48,260 nt of DNA from Desulfobacterales bacterium (GCA_046481705.1 JAWOJK010000134.1:1-48260); one strand, 5' to 3'. Shown: positions 1 through 10,187, counted from the stretch's first letter. Numbers and translations: made by a program. Notes: generated from the letters alone by a model not told the origin.

Positions 1-90
1 TCGGCCCGGGACGCCATGGAAAACAACCTCCGTGGCCCAGAAGAACTCCCATTCCCCAAAAAGGTGACGCCCTCAGAGCTGGGACTCTGA
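1..90 (+). CDS. C-terminal fragment of an ORF entering from outside the window (possibly an integrase of an element at the tRNA)
   Basis: Frame 1 is open from base 1 to TGA at 88-90 (SARDAMENNLRGPEELPFPKKVTPSELGL) and points toward the tRNA 3' end. Identity is inferred from position only. Confidence 0.25.
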   Translation, partial: SARDAMENNLRGPEELPFPKKVTPSELGL

Positions 91-97
91 AGGCGTC
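58..97 (-). terminator. Putative intrinsic terminator downstream of tRNA-Glu
   Basis: Minus strand GACGCCTTCAGAG-TCCCAG-CTCTGAGGGCGTC forms a 13-bp stem with one U-G pair, followed by ACCTTTTT. Confidence 0.45.
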
Positions 98-121
98 GGT
101 GTATCCGGATGGTGTATCCGG
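98..121. repeat. Tandem 11-bp direct repeat GGTGTATCCGG, candidate integrase arm-type sites
   Basis: Exact copies at 98-108 and 111-121 (13-bp period), with a partial third copy GGTGTTCC at 120-127. An IHF-like TAAcccaTTGAAT lies at 148-160, just before the tRNA CCA end. Confidence 0.5.
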
Positions 122-165
122 TGTTCCAAAATGGGATATTTAATTTGTAACCCATTGAATTTATT

Positions 166-241
166 TGGTGATCCCAAGGGGAATCGAACCCCTGTTTCCG
201 GCGTGAGAGGCCGGCGTCCTAGACCGCTAGACGATGGGACC
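166..241 (-). tRNA. tRNA-Glu (anticodon CTC)
   Basis: 76 nt on the minus strand: acceptor stem GGTCCCA/TGGGATC, anticodon arm CCGGC-CTCTCAC-GCCGG, T-loop GTTCGATTC, encoded CCA. Confidence 0.97.
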
Positions 242-292
242 ATGGAAATATTCAGTGGCTGGAGTATCGGAAAGCCCCTTGTTTGTCAAACA

Positions 293-517
293 TTAATTTG
301 GGTTTTGGTCAGCCCCGGTGCGGCGGCGCCCCCTGCGAAAGCCAAAGATGAAATAAACGAGCGGTCCCAGAAAGGGCACCATCGCGACAAAACCCCAAAC
401 GGCCTTTTTTTCGATCCCGCCGAAATCTTTATAAGCGATGTCGATCACCGCGATACAGGTGATGAGGAAGAACACCGCACCGACGGCAATCCAGAAAAAA
501 ACAGTATTCAAATCCAT
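293..517 (-). CDS. Small membrane protein, PLDc N-terminal domain type (74 aa)
   Basis: Two hydrophobic helices with the K..W...VP.LGPL.Y..FG motif. SD AAAGGA precedes ATG 517. It is the C-terminal part of the listed 293..925 ORF. Confidence 0.8.
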   Translation of the reverse strand: MDLNTVFFWIAVGAVFFLITCIAVIDIAYKDFGGIEKKAVWGFVAMVPFLGPLVYFIFGFRRGRRRTGADQNPN

Positions 518-519
518 GC

Positions 520-1410
520 CTATCCTTTCAACAGATCGGCGACTTTGAAGATCGTGTTCACATAATACTCGCTGCGGTTGTACTGGAAAATCACCTTGGA
601 GGCCTTTTCGCGGTCGATCCCCGGATGCCAGCCGGCGGCTTTCAGGTAATTGGCGATGCTGGCGATGGCATCGGGATGATCGAACAGGTCGATCCTGCCG
701 TCCGCATTGCCGTCGCGGGCATAGGCAAGAACGCTGGTCGGCATGAACTGGGCATAGCCCAAAGCCCCCGCATAGGAGCCGTTCACGGCTGCAGGGTCGA
801 TCTGTTCGCGACCGGCGTAGGTGATGAACGCCTTGAGTTCCCGGTAGGCCCAGCCGGAGCGCCGCTGCACCCACTTGTCGTAGTCCGCCCGGCTCAGCGT
901 GCTGAAATCGACAATCTGGGACCATAGCATCTCCTGAACGTCGGCTTCGACGAGCGCCGCCATGGAGGACAGCACGTTCAGCACCGATCGCCGGCCTTTG
1001 ACCGTGCCGAGCCGGCTTTCCACCAGCAAAATGGCCGTAATGATCTCGCGATCCACGCCATAGGTGTCTTCCGCCCGGGAGAGGGCCGGTTCATTTTGCG
1101 CCAGGTACACGCGAGACTTGCTGATGGAATCCGGGGTGGAAAACTGGCCGTAGTCCAGGGTGGCCTCGCGGTGCCTGAAAAACAGGGACAGCCCCTGGGT
1201 TTCAAAGGTGACCTCGGGCCGGGCGTAGATTTGCCGGATCTGCTCTCCATCGAAGCCGTCCGTGACCAGCCGCGCTTCCAACGGACCGAAATAATCCACC
1301 TGCTCTTTTCCCCAGGCCGATTCCTGACAGGCGATCAGGCCCAGCGCCCAAAATACGCCGGCTGTAAAACAGCGGTGGATTCCGTGCTTTCCGACCTTAA
1401 AGTTCATCAT
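520..1410 (-). CDS. mltB: Lytic murein transglycosylase, MltB family
   Basis: Motifs ILLVES (catalytic Glu), GSYAGALGYAQFMP, EF-hand-like DGNADGRIDL, ASIANYL and YNRS. N-terminal signal or lipobox-like segment. Confidence 0.9.
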   Translation of the reverse strand: MMNFKVGKHGIHRCFTAGVFWALGLIACQESAWGKEQVDYFGPLEARLVTDGFDGEQIRQIYARPEVTFETQGLSLFFRHREATLDYGQFSTPDSISKSRVYLAQNEPALSRAEDTYGVDREIITAILLVESRLGTVKGRRSVLNVLSSMAALVEADVQEMLWSQIVDFSTLSRADYDKWVQRRSGWAYRELKAFITYAGREQIDPAAVNGSYAGALGYAQFMPTSVLAYARDGNADGRIDLFDHPDAIASIANYLKAAGWHPGIDREKASKVIFQYNRSEYYVNTIFKVADLLKG

Positions 1411-1762
1411 GCGTTTATCCAGATGCTGGTGACAGTAACCTGTTGATCCGATGGCCGGGGGCCATGCGACGGCGCCCGAAATACGGTGGCGGTGGGATTA
1501 CCGAGACCTATAGTGGCCTCAGGGGCGTTGCGACCGGCAATAGGATTTGCGCCGCCGGTGGGCCACCCGGCCGGACGGGTTTAGGCGGCCCGCTGGCTCT
1601 CAAAATTGAAAGCGGATCATAACGATAAGGGGTAAATTTTTCAAGACCTTCCGATCGAAAGGCCGATTTTCGTTCCCCAAACCGGGCATCTTGTGCCGCC
1701 ACGGGGGGGCGTGCTATGGTGCTTTCCTTGAATCCTCCCCCTTCTTTGGATCCGAAACGGCC

Positions 1763-3133
1763 ATGGCCAAAAAGAGTATCAAAACCGTTTTTGTATGCCA
1801 GACATGCGGCTACCGGGCCCCGAAATGGATGGGCAAATGCCCGGATTGCGGCCAATGGGACAGTCTTGTGGAAGAGTTCCAACGGGAAACCCCCGTTACC
1901 GGTATGGCGGCACAGCTGACGGGCACAGGTGCTCAACCGGTTGCCATCGACGCCGTCAACATCGACAACGAAAAACGCCTGCTAACCAACCTGCAGGAGT
2001 TTGACCGGGTTTTGGGCGGCGGCCTGGTGGGCGGTTCGCTGGTGCTGATCGGGGGCGATCCGGGCATCGGTAAATCCACCCTGATGCTCCAGGTCCTTTT
2101 CGGACTGGCCGGCGACAACCATAAAGTTTTGTATGTGTCCGGTGAAGAATCCGTCAAGCAGATCCGCCTCCGCAGCCAACGGCTGGGCACTATCGCGGGC
2201 AACATGCTGGTGGTATCGGAAACCGACCTGGACGCCATCTTGTCCATGGTGGCGGCATGCGCCCCCGACGTCCTGGTGGTGGATTCCATCCAGACCATGT
2301 TCAGCCCGGCGTTGGCTTCCGCCCCCGGCAGTGTCAGCCAGGTGCGGGAATCGGCCATGCGGCTGATGTTGATGGCCAAAAAAAGCGGCATTCCAACCTT
2401 CCTGGTGGGCCACGTCACCAAAGAAGGCGCCATTGCGGGCCCGCGGCTGCTAGAGCACATGGTGGATACGGTGCTCTACTTCGAGGGCGACCGCAATCAC
2501 ATGTTCCGCATTCTGCGGGCGGTGAAAAACCGCTTCGGCTCCACCAACGAGATCGGGGTGTTTGAAATGAAGGAAAAGGGGCTCGATGAGGTTCCCAACC
2601 CCTCGGCCGTTTTTCTCTCCGAACGCCCCGAAAACGCCCCAGGCTCGGTGGTGACGGCCAGCATGGAAGGCTCCCGGCCGATCCTGGTGGAACTCCAGGC
2701 GCTGACCAGCAGCACCAGCTTTGGCACGCCGCGGCGCACCATTCTCGGCCTGGATCAGAACCGGGTCGCCCTGCTGGCCGCGGTGATGGAGAAAAAACTC
2801 GGCATGCACCTCATGGGCCACGACATCTTCATGAACGTGGCTGGCGGCATCAAGGTCGGCGAGCCGGCCGTGGACATGGGCATTGTGGCGGCGCTGGCGT
2901 CCAGTTTTCTTGACAAAGCCCTGCCCGAAGGCACCACCGTTCTCGGAGAGGTGGGACTCACCGGCGAGGTGCGCGCCATCAGCCATGTTGAAAGCCGGGT
3001 GGCCGAGACCCAAAAAATGGGGTTCAACCGGTGCATTGTTCCGGTCGGCAGCCTCAAGCGCATGAAGGTGCCCGCCGGGCTCCAGGCCGTTGGCGTCAGG
3101 ACCATTTCCGAAGCGGTCGAAACCCTCTTCTGA
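1763..3133 (+). CDS. radA: DNA repair protein RadA/Sms
   Basis: C4 zinc finger (CQTC...CPDC), Walker A GDPGIGKST, KNRFG motif, Lon-like C-terminus. Start set at MAKK (1763). Confidence 0.97.
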   Translation: MAKKSIKTVFVCQTCGYRAPKWMGKCPDCGQWDSLVEEFQRETPVTGMAAQLTGTGAQPVAIDAVNIDNEKRLLTNLQEFDRVLGGGLVGGSLVLIGGDPGIGKSTLMLQVLFGLAGDNHKVLYVSGEESVKQIRLRSQRLGTIAGNMLVVSETDLDAILSMVAACAPDVLVVDSIQTMFSPALASAPGSVSQVRESAMRLMLMAKKSGIPTFLVGHVTKEGAIAGPRLLEHMVDTVLYFEGDRNHMFRILRAVKNRFGSTNEIGVFEMKEKGLDEVPNPSAVFLSERPENAPGSVVTASMEGSRPILVELQALTSSTSFGTPRRTILGLDQNRVALLAAVMEKKLGMHLMGHDIFMNVAGGIKVGEPAVDMGIVAALASSFLDKALPEGTTVLGEVGLTGEVRAISHVESRVAETQKMGFNRCIVPVGSLKRMKVPAGLQAVGVRTISEAVETLF

Positions 3134-3239
3134 CCAGATCCCGGTTGACTTAAAAAGCACTAAATTGTATGGGGATCCCAAACATTCCCGCGGGCCGCGG
3201 CATCTTTGGAGCGGCCCCTTGTCGCAAGGATTGAACCCG

Positions 3240-3881
3240 ATGCCCAGACGGGGCGATAGGCCCAACCAGTGGGCGGATCACTACACCCGCCAGGCCAAAA
3301 AAGACAACTTTGCCGCCCGTTCGGTTTACAAACTGCAGGAAATTCAACGTCGCTACCGGGTTATCCGCAGAGGGGCAAGGGTTCTGGATCTGGGTTGCGC
3401 CCCCGGCTCTTGGCTGCAATACGCCGCTCAACTTACCGGCAGCGGCGGAAAAGTGGTGGGCATTGACCTCAAACCGGTCAGCGTTTCGCTGCCGCCCCAC
3501 GTCAGCGTGGTCACCGGCGACATTCTGGCCACGCCCTCACCGCTGCAGGCGCTTTCCCAGGAAGTCTTCGACGTCGTCACGAGCGACATGGCGCCGGCCA
3601 CCACCGGCGACAAGGCCACCGACGCGGCGCGCTCTGCGGCCCTCTGCGAAGCGGCGCTGGCCGTGGCGCGCGAGGTGCTTGCGCCGGGCGGCAACTTTGT
3701 CTGCAAGATCTTTCAAGGGCAAGAGTTCAAGCCTTTTGCGGAGGTGGTCAAATCCGCTTTCACACAGCTGAAAGTCCTCAAACCCCAAAGCAGCCGCAAG
3801 GCCAGCAAAGAGGTCTTTATCATCGGAATCGGTAAAAAACAGGAGGATTTATGTCCGGACATAGCAAGTGGTCAACCATAA
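3240..3881 (+). CDS. rlmE: 23S rRNA Um2552 methyltransferase RlmE/FtsJ
   Basis: Motifs [29 protein letters not shown] and [11 protein letters not shown]. Overlaps the yebC start. Confidence 0.93.
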   Translation: MPRRGDRPNQWADHYTRQAKKDNFAARSVYKLQEIQRRYRVIRRGARVLDLGCAPGSWLQYAAQLTGSGGKVVGIDLKPVSVSLPPHVSVVTGDILATPSPLQALSQEVFDVVTSDMAPATTGDKATDAARSAALCEAALAVAREVLAPGGNFVCKIFQGQEFKPFAEVVKSAFTQLKVLKPQSSRKASKEVFIIGIGKKQEDLCPDIASGQP

Positions 3882-4594
3882 AACATAAAAAGGGGGCCGC
3901 GGACGCCAAACGGGGGAAAATTTTTACCCGCCTGATCAAGGAAATCACCGTGGCGGCCCGCATGGGCGGCGGCGACGCCAACGCCAATCCCCGACTGCGG
4001 GCGGCCATCGCGGCTGCCAAAACCGAAAACATGCCCAAGGACAACATTGATCGCGCCGTCAAAAAAGGCACCGGCGAGTTGGAAGGGGTCAGCTACGAGG
4101 AGTCCACCTATGAAGGCTACGGCCCCGGTGGAGCCGCCGTCCTGCTGGAGTCTCTGACGGACAACAAGAACCGGGCAGTGGCCGACATCCGACACATTTT
4201 CGCCAAAAACGGCGGCAACCTCGGTGAGAACGGCTGCGTGGCCTGGATGTTCGACAAGAAAGGCTACATCAACGTCGAAAAGACGGCCGTCGACGAGAAC
4301 ACCCTGATGGAAACCGTCCTGGAAGCGGGGGCCGAGGACGTCCGCGACGACGGCGACAACTTTGAAATCATCACGGCCCCCGATGATTTCGAGGCCGTTA
4401 AAGAAGCGGTTGAGAAGGCCCAGGTCCCCTACGTGGAAGCCGAGGTGACGATGCTGCCCCAGACCAACGCCAGTCTGACCGGCAAGGATGCGGAAAAGAT
4501 GATCCGCCTGATGGAAATGCTGGAAGACTGCGACGATGTGCAGAAAGTTTACACCAATGCGGATATTGCCGAAGACGTCATAGACGCCATGTAG
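3851..4594 (+). CDS. yebC: YebC/PmpR family protein
   Basis: Starts [14 protein letters not shown]; contains [14 protein letters not shown] and [17 protein letters not shown]. Confidence 0.97.
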   Translation: MSGHSKWSTIKHKKGAADAKRGKIFTRLIKEITVAARMGGGDANANPRLRAAIAAAKTENMPKDNIDRAVKKGTGELEGVSYEESTYEGYGPGGAAVLLESLTDNKNRAVADIRHIFAKNGGNLGENGCVAWMFDKKGYINVEKTAVDENTLMETVLEAGAEDVRDDGDNFEIITAPDDFEAVKEAVEKAQVPYVEAEVTMLPQTNASLTGKDAEKMIRLMEMLEDCDDVQKVYTNADIAEDVIDAM

Positions 4595-4901
4595 CCTGCC
4601 GCAAACCGCCTTTCCCCGCCTGGTTTTGCCACACCCCCGCGGCGGTCGATCCCCTCTTACAGGGCGGGGATGGCCGCCGTTTCTCATTCTGTCACCGCTG
4701 AAGGGCCGCGCTAAACACCACCTCCACGGCGCAGGACAGACCTTGGCGCGGCGCGCCGGAGAAAGATGCGGAGCGCTTTGGCGGCTTTGCCGATCAAAAA
4801 AACGGCGGGGTTTTCAAGGGAATGCCGCACCGGCCGGCAAGCGGCCGTGAACACGGCTTTTCACGATTTGGATGAAGCTTGAAGCCAGACACCGGCGCCG
4901 G

Positions 4902-5597
4902 CTACTCGTTCAGTTCCAGCACGTCGGCCCCAGGCGGGACAGTAAAATGGAATTGGTCGGGATCCGGGTGTTGCGCGAAGCGCACGCCGCTCAGCACAAT
5001 CCGGGTTCTATCATCGTAGGCGTTGACCGTATCCACGCGCGAGACGATGAAGGTTTCGGCATCCACCGTCAGATAGATGCTCGCCAGGTCGATGTTTTTC
5101 TCCCGCGGAAGCAGCTTGAGGGTATAGGAGCCTTCCGCCTGCTCGGGGGCAAGTGCAATGACAAACTGCTTGCGCATGCTCTGCATGTCGGCCAGAAAAC
5201 TGGCCCCCTGGCCCCCTTTGAAAAACTCCGGCGCATGCCCGACCATCACCTGGTTTTGATCCGGGCTGTGGACCCACAGGGTGGTGCCGTCGGAGATGTA
5301 GATCTTCTTCTCCGGCTGATCGTATTCCCAGCGCATCTTGGCAGGATGCATGAACACCGCCCTGCCGGAGGCCGTATCGGTCAGATCCAGGGCCTTGATG
5401 GTCGAGGACTGGGTGAAATCGGCGCTGAAACCGGGGACAGCATAACGGTTTTCGATCCCTTCGATAACCCGCTGCAGGAGCGCCTCCTGACCGGATGCCG
5501 GCGCTTTTGTGACCGCCTCGGCACCCAAGGCCGCCACACCCGTGGACAGGCACAACAACAGTAGACCCATGAAAATCTTTACAGGTAAAAACATCAT
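4902..5597 (-). CDS. lolA: Outer-membrane lipoprotein carrier LolA
   Basis: Signal peptide; motifs FSADFTQ, P.KMRWEY..P, ISDGTTLW and F.F.VPPGADV. Confidence 0.85.
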   Translation of the reverse strand: MMFLPVKIFMGLLLLCLSTGVAALGAEAVTKAPASGQEALLQRVIEGIENRYAVPGFSADFTQSSTIKALDLTDTASGRAVFMHPAKMRWEYDQPEKKIYISDGTTLWVHSPDQNQVMVGHAPEFFKGGQGASFLADMQSMRKQFVIALAPEQAEGSYTLKLLPREKNIDLASIYLTVDAETFIVSRVDTVNAYDDRTRIVLSGVRFAQHPDPDQFHFTVPPGADVLELNE

Positions 5598-5790
5598 CTC
5601 GCCTCTCGCTTGGTTGCAGGTTTCGCCCGCTAAGGTCGCGGCGGAAAAAAATCAATCAGTATCGGGTCCCTCTGCAAGCCCTATCGGACGGTGCAGCTTG
5701 CGCGTGTGTGCCGCTTGGTATGGCGCGTTAGGCGGGCCCAAAACCCAGCAGGGTGAGGGGCTATTTTAAGGGCCCCGGAAAAAAATAAAT

Positions 5791-6009
5791 CTACATCTGG
5801 CTTGCTTTTTTCCGACCGCCATCGCCGCCGGCGGCTTTCAGGACAACAGCCGGGACAGATGCACGACGTTGCTTTTGTCGATGAAAGCCCTCCTCATCCG
5901 ACTTGCCGCAGATTTGTCCGCAATACACGTAGCGGCTGAAAAGCGCAATACAGATCCGGTCAGCCAAACCCGTTTTGCAAAACGTGTCGTTTTTGTCCCT
6001 GTAGATCAT
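5791..6009 (-). CDS. Possible small hypothetical protein (72 aa, 4 Cys)
   Basis: SD-like AGGGGGT precedes ATG 6009, and the ORF occupies an otherwise empty ~650-nt gap. No family recognised. Confidence 0.3.
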   Translation of the reverse strand: MIYRDKNDTFCKTGLADRICIALFSRYVYCGQICGKSDEEGFHRQKQRRASVPAVVLKAAGGDGGRKKASQM

Positions 6010-6255
6010 GCCGACCCCCTGGAGCATCCGGGTTTCCATGTTGCGGCCCTGGATTAGGTCGGCCATCTGTTCGGCCCGCTACAATTTTCAAGGACAGCTT
6101 GGGGGGTGGAAAACGGGATACGCGCGTTGCGCAGCTTGGCCCGCAGACGGCCGTGATCGGCTTTCATCAACCCGCCAACCGCCAGTCATCGCGCCCCGCG
6201 TTCAAGCAATCCACGGGCCGCCGCCGCTTGCGGCAGACCACCGCGGGGGTGCAGG

Positions 6256-6834
6256 CTAATAAAAATAGGGCGTCATTTTTTGGACCAGATGCTGCTTGGG
6301 CAAAGCCCCCACCAGGTTTTCCTTGAGCTGCCCGTTGTCGAAGATCAGAAACGACGGCACACTGCGCACCTGAAAGCGCGCTGCGGTGGTGGGATTGGCG
6401 TCCATGTTGAGCTTGCAGACCCGCCCGCGGCCCCGCCAGCCTGCCGCCAATTCGTCCATGACGGGGGCCACCATCTGGCAGGGACCGCACCAGGGCGCCC
6501 ACACCTCCAGCAGCACCGGCAACGGCGAATGTATCACCTGGGTATCAAAATCCCCATCGCCGACCTCCAGCGGCCGGCCATCAAAAACCCCGGTGGTGGC
6601 CAGGGGGGTGCCGCATTTGCCGCAGCGGCCGCCGTCCGAGACCCGGGCGGGCAGCCGGTTCTTGGTGCGGCAGTGGGTGCAGCGGACAATGACGCCGCCG
6701 CTTTCGGCGGCGGCCGTCGCCAGCGCGGCCCTGCAGCGGCCGCACCTGGCCGCCTGGCCGGCCTTTTCAGCCGGAATCTTGTTTTTGGCACCACATGCCG
6801 GACACTGCACGACGTGCGCTGCGGGAGGGGTCAT
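6256..6834 (-). CDS. trxC: TrxC-type thioredoxin with two tandem zinc-ribbon domains
   Basis: WCGPC active site. N-terminus has CPAC..CGRC followed by CTHC..CGKC. SD GAGG precedes ATG 6834. Confidence 0.85.
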   Translation of the reverse strand: MTPPAAHVVQCPACGAKNKIPAEKAGQAARCGRCRAALATAAAESGGVIVRCTHCRTKNRLPARVSDGGRCGKCGTPLATTGVFDGRPLEVGDGDFDTQVIHSPLPVLLEVWAPWCGPCQMVAPVMDELAAGWRGRGRVCKLNMDANPTTAARFQVRSVPSFLIFDNGQLKENLVGALPKQHLVQKMTPYFY

Positions 6835-6881
6835 GGGAGGGTCCTCTCTTTCCAAGGGGGGTTGGTCTCGACGCCGGGCGC

Positions 6882-8240
6882 TCAGGGCATCACACCGTAG
6901 AGTTTAAGCTTCTTGTGAAGGGTTTTGCGGGTGATGCCAAGCCGGCGCGCGGCTTCGCTCTTGTTATTGTCGGCCGCCGCAAGCGTCTTTAAAATAGTCG
7001 CCTTTTCAACCTGGTCAAGTGGCATCGCGGCCGCTGACGAGGGCGCCCGCCAGTCTTCAACGGAGGCCACCGGCAGCTGCAGGTCCTCGACTTCCAAATA
7101 GGCCCCGCGCGCCAGCACCACGCCCCTTTCAACGGCATTCATCAGCTCGCGCACGTTGCCCGGCCAGCCGTACTTCATCGCCAGATCCATTGCCTGGGGG
7201 GTGAAGCCCTTGATGTCTTTGCTGTTTTTGCCGGCAAAATCAGCCAGAAAATACTGTGCCAGCAGTGCGATATCCTCACGCCGGTCGCGCAGCGGCGGTA
7301 TCGAGAGACTCACCACATTGAGCCGGTAGAAGAGGTCCTCCCGGAACCGGCCGGTGCGGACCCTCTCGACCAGGCCCTGGTTGGTGGCCGCAATGACGCG
7401 CACATCGACCTTGATCAGCTGCTCGCCGCCCACCCGCATAAACTCTCGCTCCTGAAGCGCCCGCAGCAGCTTGACCTGCATCGTCAACGGCATCTCACTG
7501 ATCTCGTCCAGGAAAAGCGTCCCCCCGTCGGCCTGGGCGAAAAACCCATGCTTGCGGCGCTCGGCGCCGGTAAAGGCCCCTTTTTCGTGCCCGAAGACCT
7601 CGGATTCGAACAGTGTTTCGGGAATTGCGGCGCAGTTGATCCGGATAAAGGGGTTCCGGTGTCGAGGGCTGTTGTGGTGAATGGCGCCGGCAATCAGCTC
7701 CTTGCCCGTCCCGGATTCGCCCCACAAGAGAACGGTGGCCTCTGAGCCCGCCACCCGCTCCACGGTTTCCAACAGATTCAGCATGGCCGCGCTGCGCCCG
7801 ATGATCCGACGCCGGTCAAACCGCTGGCCGAGCTTCTCGCGCAGACGGCGGTTTTCATCCTTCAGCCGCACGTGCTCCATGGCCCGCTCCAGGGTCAGAC
7901 GCAGGGTGTCGAAATCGAGGGGCTTGGTGAGATAGTCATAAGCGCCTTTTTTGAGGGCCTCCACCGCGGATTCCACCGAGGAATAGGCGGTCATGATGAT
8001 CACCGGGACGGCCGGGTTGATGGATTTGAGGTTCTCCAGGGCCTCGATTCCCGACATTTTTACCATCCGGACATCCATCAGGACCAGGTCATAGGGGGTT
8101 TCAGCGACCGCGCTGACCGCCAGGGTCCCGTCATCGGCCTCGGCCGTTTTGTACCCCCAGCCGCCCAGAAGGGTGACCAGCATGGTGCGGTGGGCCAAGT
8201 CGTCATCGACAACCAGAATGCTACCCGGGATTTTTCTCAT
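6882..8240 (-). CDS. zraR: Sigma54-dependent response regulator, ZraR/NtrC family
   Basis: REC domain (VVDDD, MDVRM, LTKP), AAA+ GESGTGKE, GAFTGA loop, Fis-type HTH (NKSEAARRLGI). Paired with a kinase and a divergent zraP-like gene. Confidence 0.85.
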   Translation of the reverse strand: MRKIPGSILVVDDDLAHRTMLVTLLGGWGYKTAEADDGTLAVSAVAETPYDLVLMDVRMVKMSGIEALENLKSINPAVPVIIMTAYSSVESAVEALKKGAYDYLTKPLDFDTLRLTLERAMEHVRLKDENRRLREKLGQRFDRRRIIGRSAAMLNLLETVERVAGSEATVLLWGESGTGKELIAGAIHHNSPRHRNPFIRINCAAIPETLFESEVFGHEKGAFTGAERRKHGFFAQADGGTLFLDEISEMPLTMQVKLLRALQEREFMRVGGEQLIKVDVRVIAATNQGLVERVRTGRFREDLFYRLNVVSLSIPPLRDRREDIALLAQYFLADFAGKNSKDIKGFTPQAMDLAMKYGWPGNVRELMNAVERGVVLARGAYLEVEDLQLPVASVEDWRAPSSAAAMPLDQVEKATILKTLAAADNNKSEAARRLGITRKTLHKKLKLYGVMP

Positions 8241-10008
8241 CGTGAAGTGCTCTTTCCTGAGGGAGAAAAAGCGAAATGCAGGTTCCCCGGCCGGTGTGGC
8301 TGTCAACCCGGATCTCGCCGCCATGCGCCTCGATGATATTGTGGGCGACGGCCAGCCCAAGGCCCGTGCCGGACCCCTTGGTGGTGAAAAAAGGGTCGAA
8401 CACCTGCCCGAGATGCGATGGCTTGATGCCGTCGCCGGTATCCCCGACGCTGATGCGCAGCGGCCGGCGCCCCTCTGCCAGCCCGGCGGTGACCGTCAAC
8501 TGGCCCCCGCCGACCATCGCGTCCACCGCATTGAGATATAGATTCAACAGCACCTGGCTGATCCGGTCGGGATCCAGGTGCACGGTTGCCACCGTCGGGG
8601 GGCAATCCAGCCGCAGGGCGATCCCCCCGGCCTGGGCCTGGCGCTCCACCAGTTTCAATGAATCCTCTAGAAAGGCTCTCAAGTCCACCGGCTTGGTTGA
8701 GACACGCACGGGGCGCGCAAAATCCAGCAGTCGGCTGACCACCCGGTTGAGACGCTCGACCTCCTGTATCATGATGCGCGCGATCTTGTCGTCTTCGGGG
8801 ACCGCCGCGTAACGGTCGCGGAAATAGGTCGCAAACCCCTTGATGGAACTGAGCGGGTTGCGGATTTCGTGGGCCACCCCAGCCGCCAGGCGGCCCACCG
8901 CGGCCAGCCGGCGGTGGCGCTCGATTTCCTGCCCCAGGACACGAAGGTCGGTCAGATCCTTGAAAAGCAGCAGGCTGCCCGTGCACCGGCCGGTTTCGTC
9001 TTTCAAGGCGGTGGCCGTCACCGCCAGAAAGCGAGTCGGGCCGTTTTGCTGCGAAAGGGACACCTCGGTCTCAACGACACCGCCCTCTCCTCTAAGACGA
9101 TCGACCACCGCCAGGACTGCGGCCGGCAAAACCGCCGCCACCGGCCGATCCGCCAGTTCATCGGCGGGCAGACGCAAAAGGCCGGCCGCCACGGGGTTGA
9201 ATGAGGTCACGGTTTCGTGGACATCGATTGCCAGCAGCCCCAGCGGCATGCTGGCCACCAGCTTATCGGAAAAGGCCTGAATCCGCGACAGGCTGGTTCT
9301 GGCCTGGCTGTAGCGCAAACCTAAAAAGACCAGCACGATGCCGCCCACCCCCGCCAGAAGCAGCCCGGCGCCGGTCACAACGGCATTGCGCACTTCGGCG
9401 CGCTCCACGGCCGCCACCGGCCCCAGGTCCAACCCGACAAAAATGACCCGCGTTGCTTCGAGGCTCTCATCGTCCGTCGGCGTCACGGGGTCCGCGGGGT
9501 CATAGGGGCGCAGGCGATGCATGCCGTGGCGCCCCAGGGGGGGCAGGCTGGGGACAAAGGGTCGGTAGACTTCAAAGACTTCAGCGCCGTCGGATCCGGT
9601 GATGCGCCGCCAGTTTAGATTTTCGGGCCCCGGCAGCGCCCGAAGGTCCAGATCGGCGCCGTGGCGGCTGCCGATTTCTGCGACCTCGCTGTGGGCCAGA
9701 ACACGGCCGTCGGCCGCCGTTACGATCAGGTAGACAATATCCGGCTGAAGAGCGGTTTCACTCAACAGCCGCTGCAGTTTAAACTCCTGCCGGCGCAGCC
9801 CGTGCATGCCCGCCCGGGTCCCGGCCTCAAACGAGCGGATCAGGGCCGCGCCCTTCTCCAGCAGCAGCCGCAGGCTGTTTTGCTTCTGGCGTTGGACATT
9901 GCTGACGATGGTCAGTGCAAAAATAGCGCTAAGCCCCAGCGCCGCAACCGCCAGCAGGCCCCAGGGCAGAAACCGCTGGAAGCGGCCATCTTTTAGAGTA
10001 TTTCGCAT
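8221..10008 (-). CDS. zraS: Membrane sensor histidine kinase, ZraS-like
   Basis: Two TM helices flanking a periplasmic domain, then PAS, H-box AHEIRNPLSSIKGFA and N/G/F boxes (NAVDA, DTGDG, FFTTK, GTGLGL). Confidence 0.85.
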   Translation of the reverse strand: MRNTLKDGRFQRFLPWGLLAVAALGLSAIFALTIVSNVQRQKQNSLRLLLEKGAALIRSFEAGTRAGMHGLRRQEFKLQRLLSETALQPDIVYLIVTAADGRVLAHSEVAEIGSRHGADLDLRALPGPENLNWRRITGSDGAEVFEVYRPFVPSLPPLGRHGMHRLRPYDPADPVTPTDDESLEATRVIFVGLDLGPVAAVERAEVRNAVVTGAGLLLAGVGGIVLVFLGLRYSQARTSLSRIQAFSDKLVASMPLGLLAIDVHETVTSFNPVAAGLLRLPADELADRPVAAVLPAAVLAVVDRLRGEGGVVETEVSLSQQNGPTRFLAVTATALKDETGRCTGSLLLFKDLTDLRVLGQEIERHRRLAAVGRLAAGVAHEIRNPLSSIKGFATYFRDRYAAVPEDDKIARIMIQEVERLNRVVSRLLDFARPVRVSTKPVDLRAFLEDSLKLVERQAQAGGIALRLDCPPTVATVHLDPDRISQVLLNLYLNAVDAMVGGGQLTVTAGLAEGRRPLRISVGDTGDGIKPSHLGQVFDPFFTTKGSGTGLGLAVAHNIIEAHGGEIRVDSHTGRGTCISLFLPQERALHDEKNPG

Positions 10009-10187
10009 GCTGACCCATAAGGCAAGGGCGATGCCAGGCTTAGCTGGGGTGGGATCGGCGCCGAGAATAATGCCTCCGGATTGCACCGTTTTTGGGCTCG
10101 CCTGCAAGCCACAGCCACCACTCAATTCCCGGATGCGGTTTCAATTACCGGCCAAGCAAGCCCGCAACCCATTGCAGCCGAAGGATC

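Noticed and set aside
131-565. 144-aa plus-strand ORF
   Set aside because: It overlaps the tRNA-Glu and the small membrane gene on the opposite strand.
4594-4902. Absence of ruvCAB after yebC, and GC-rich hairpins
   Set aside because: Ordinary gene-order variation; the hairpins lack a clear U-tract, so no terminator is called.
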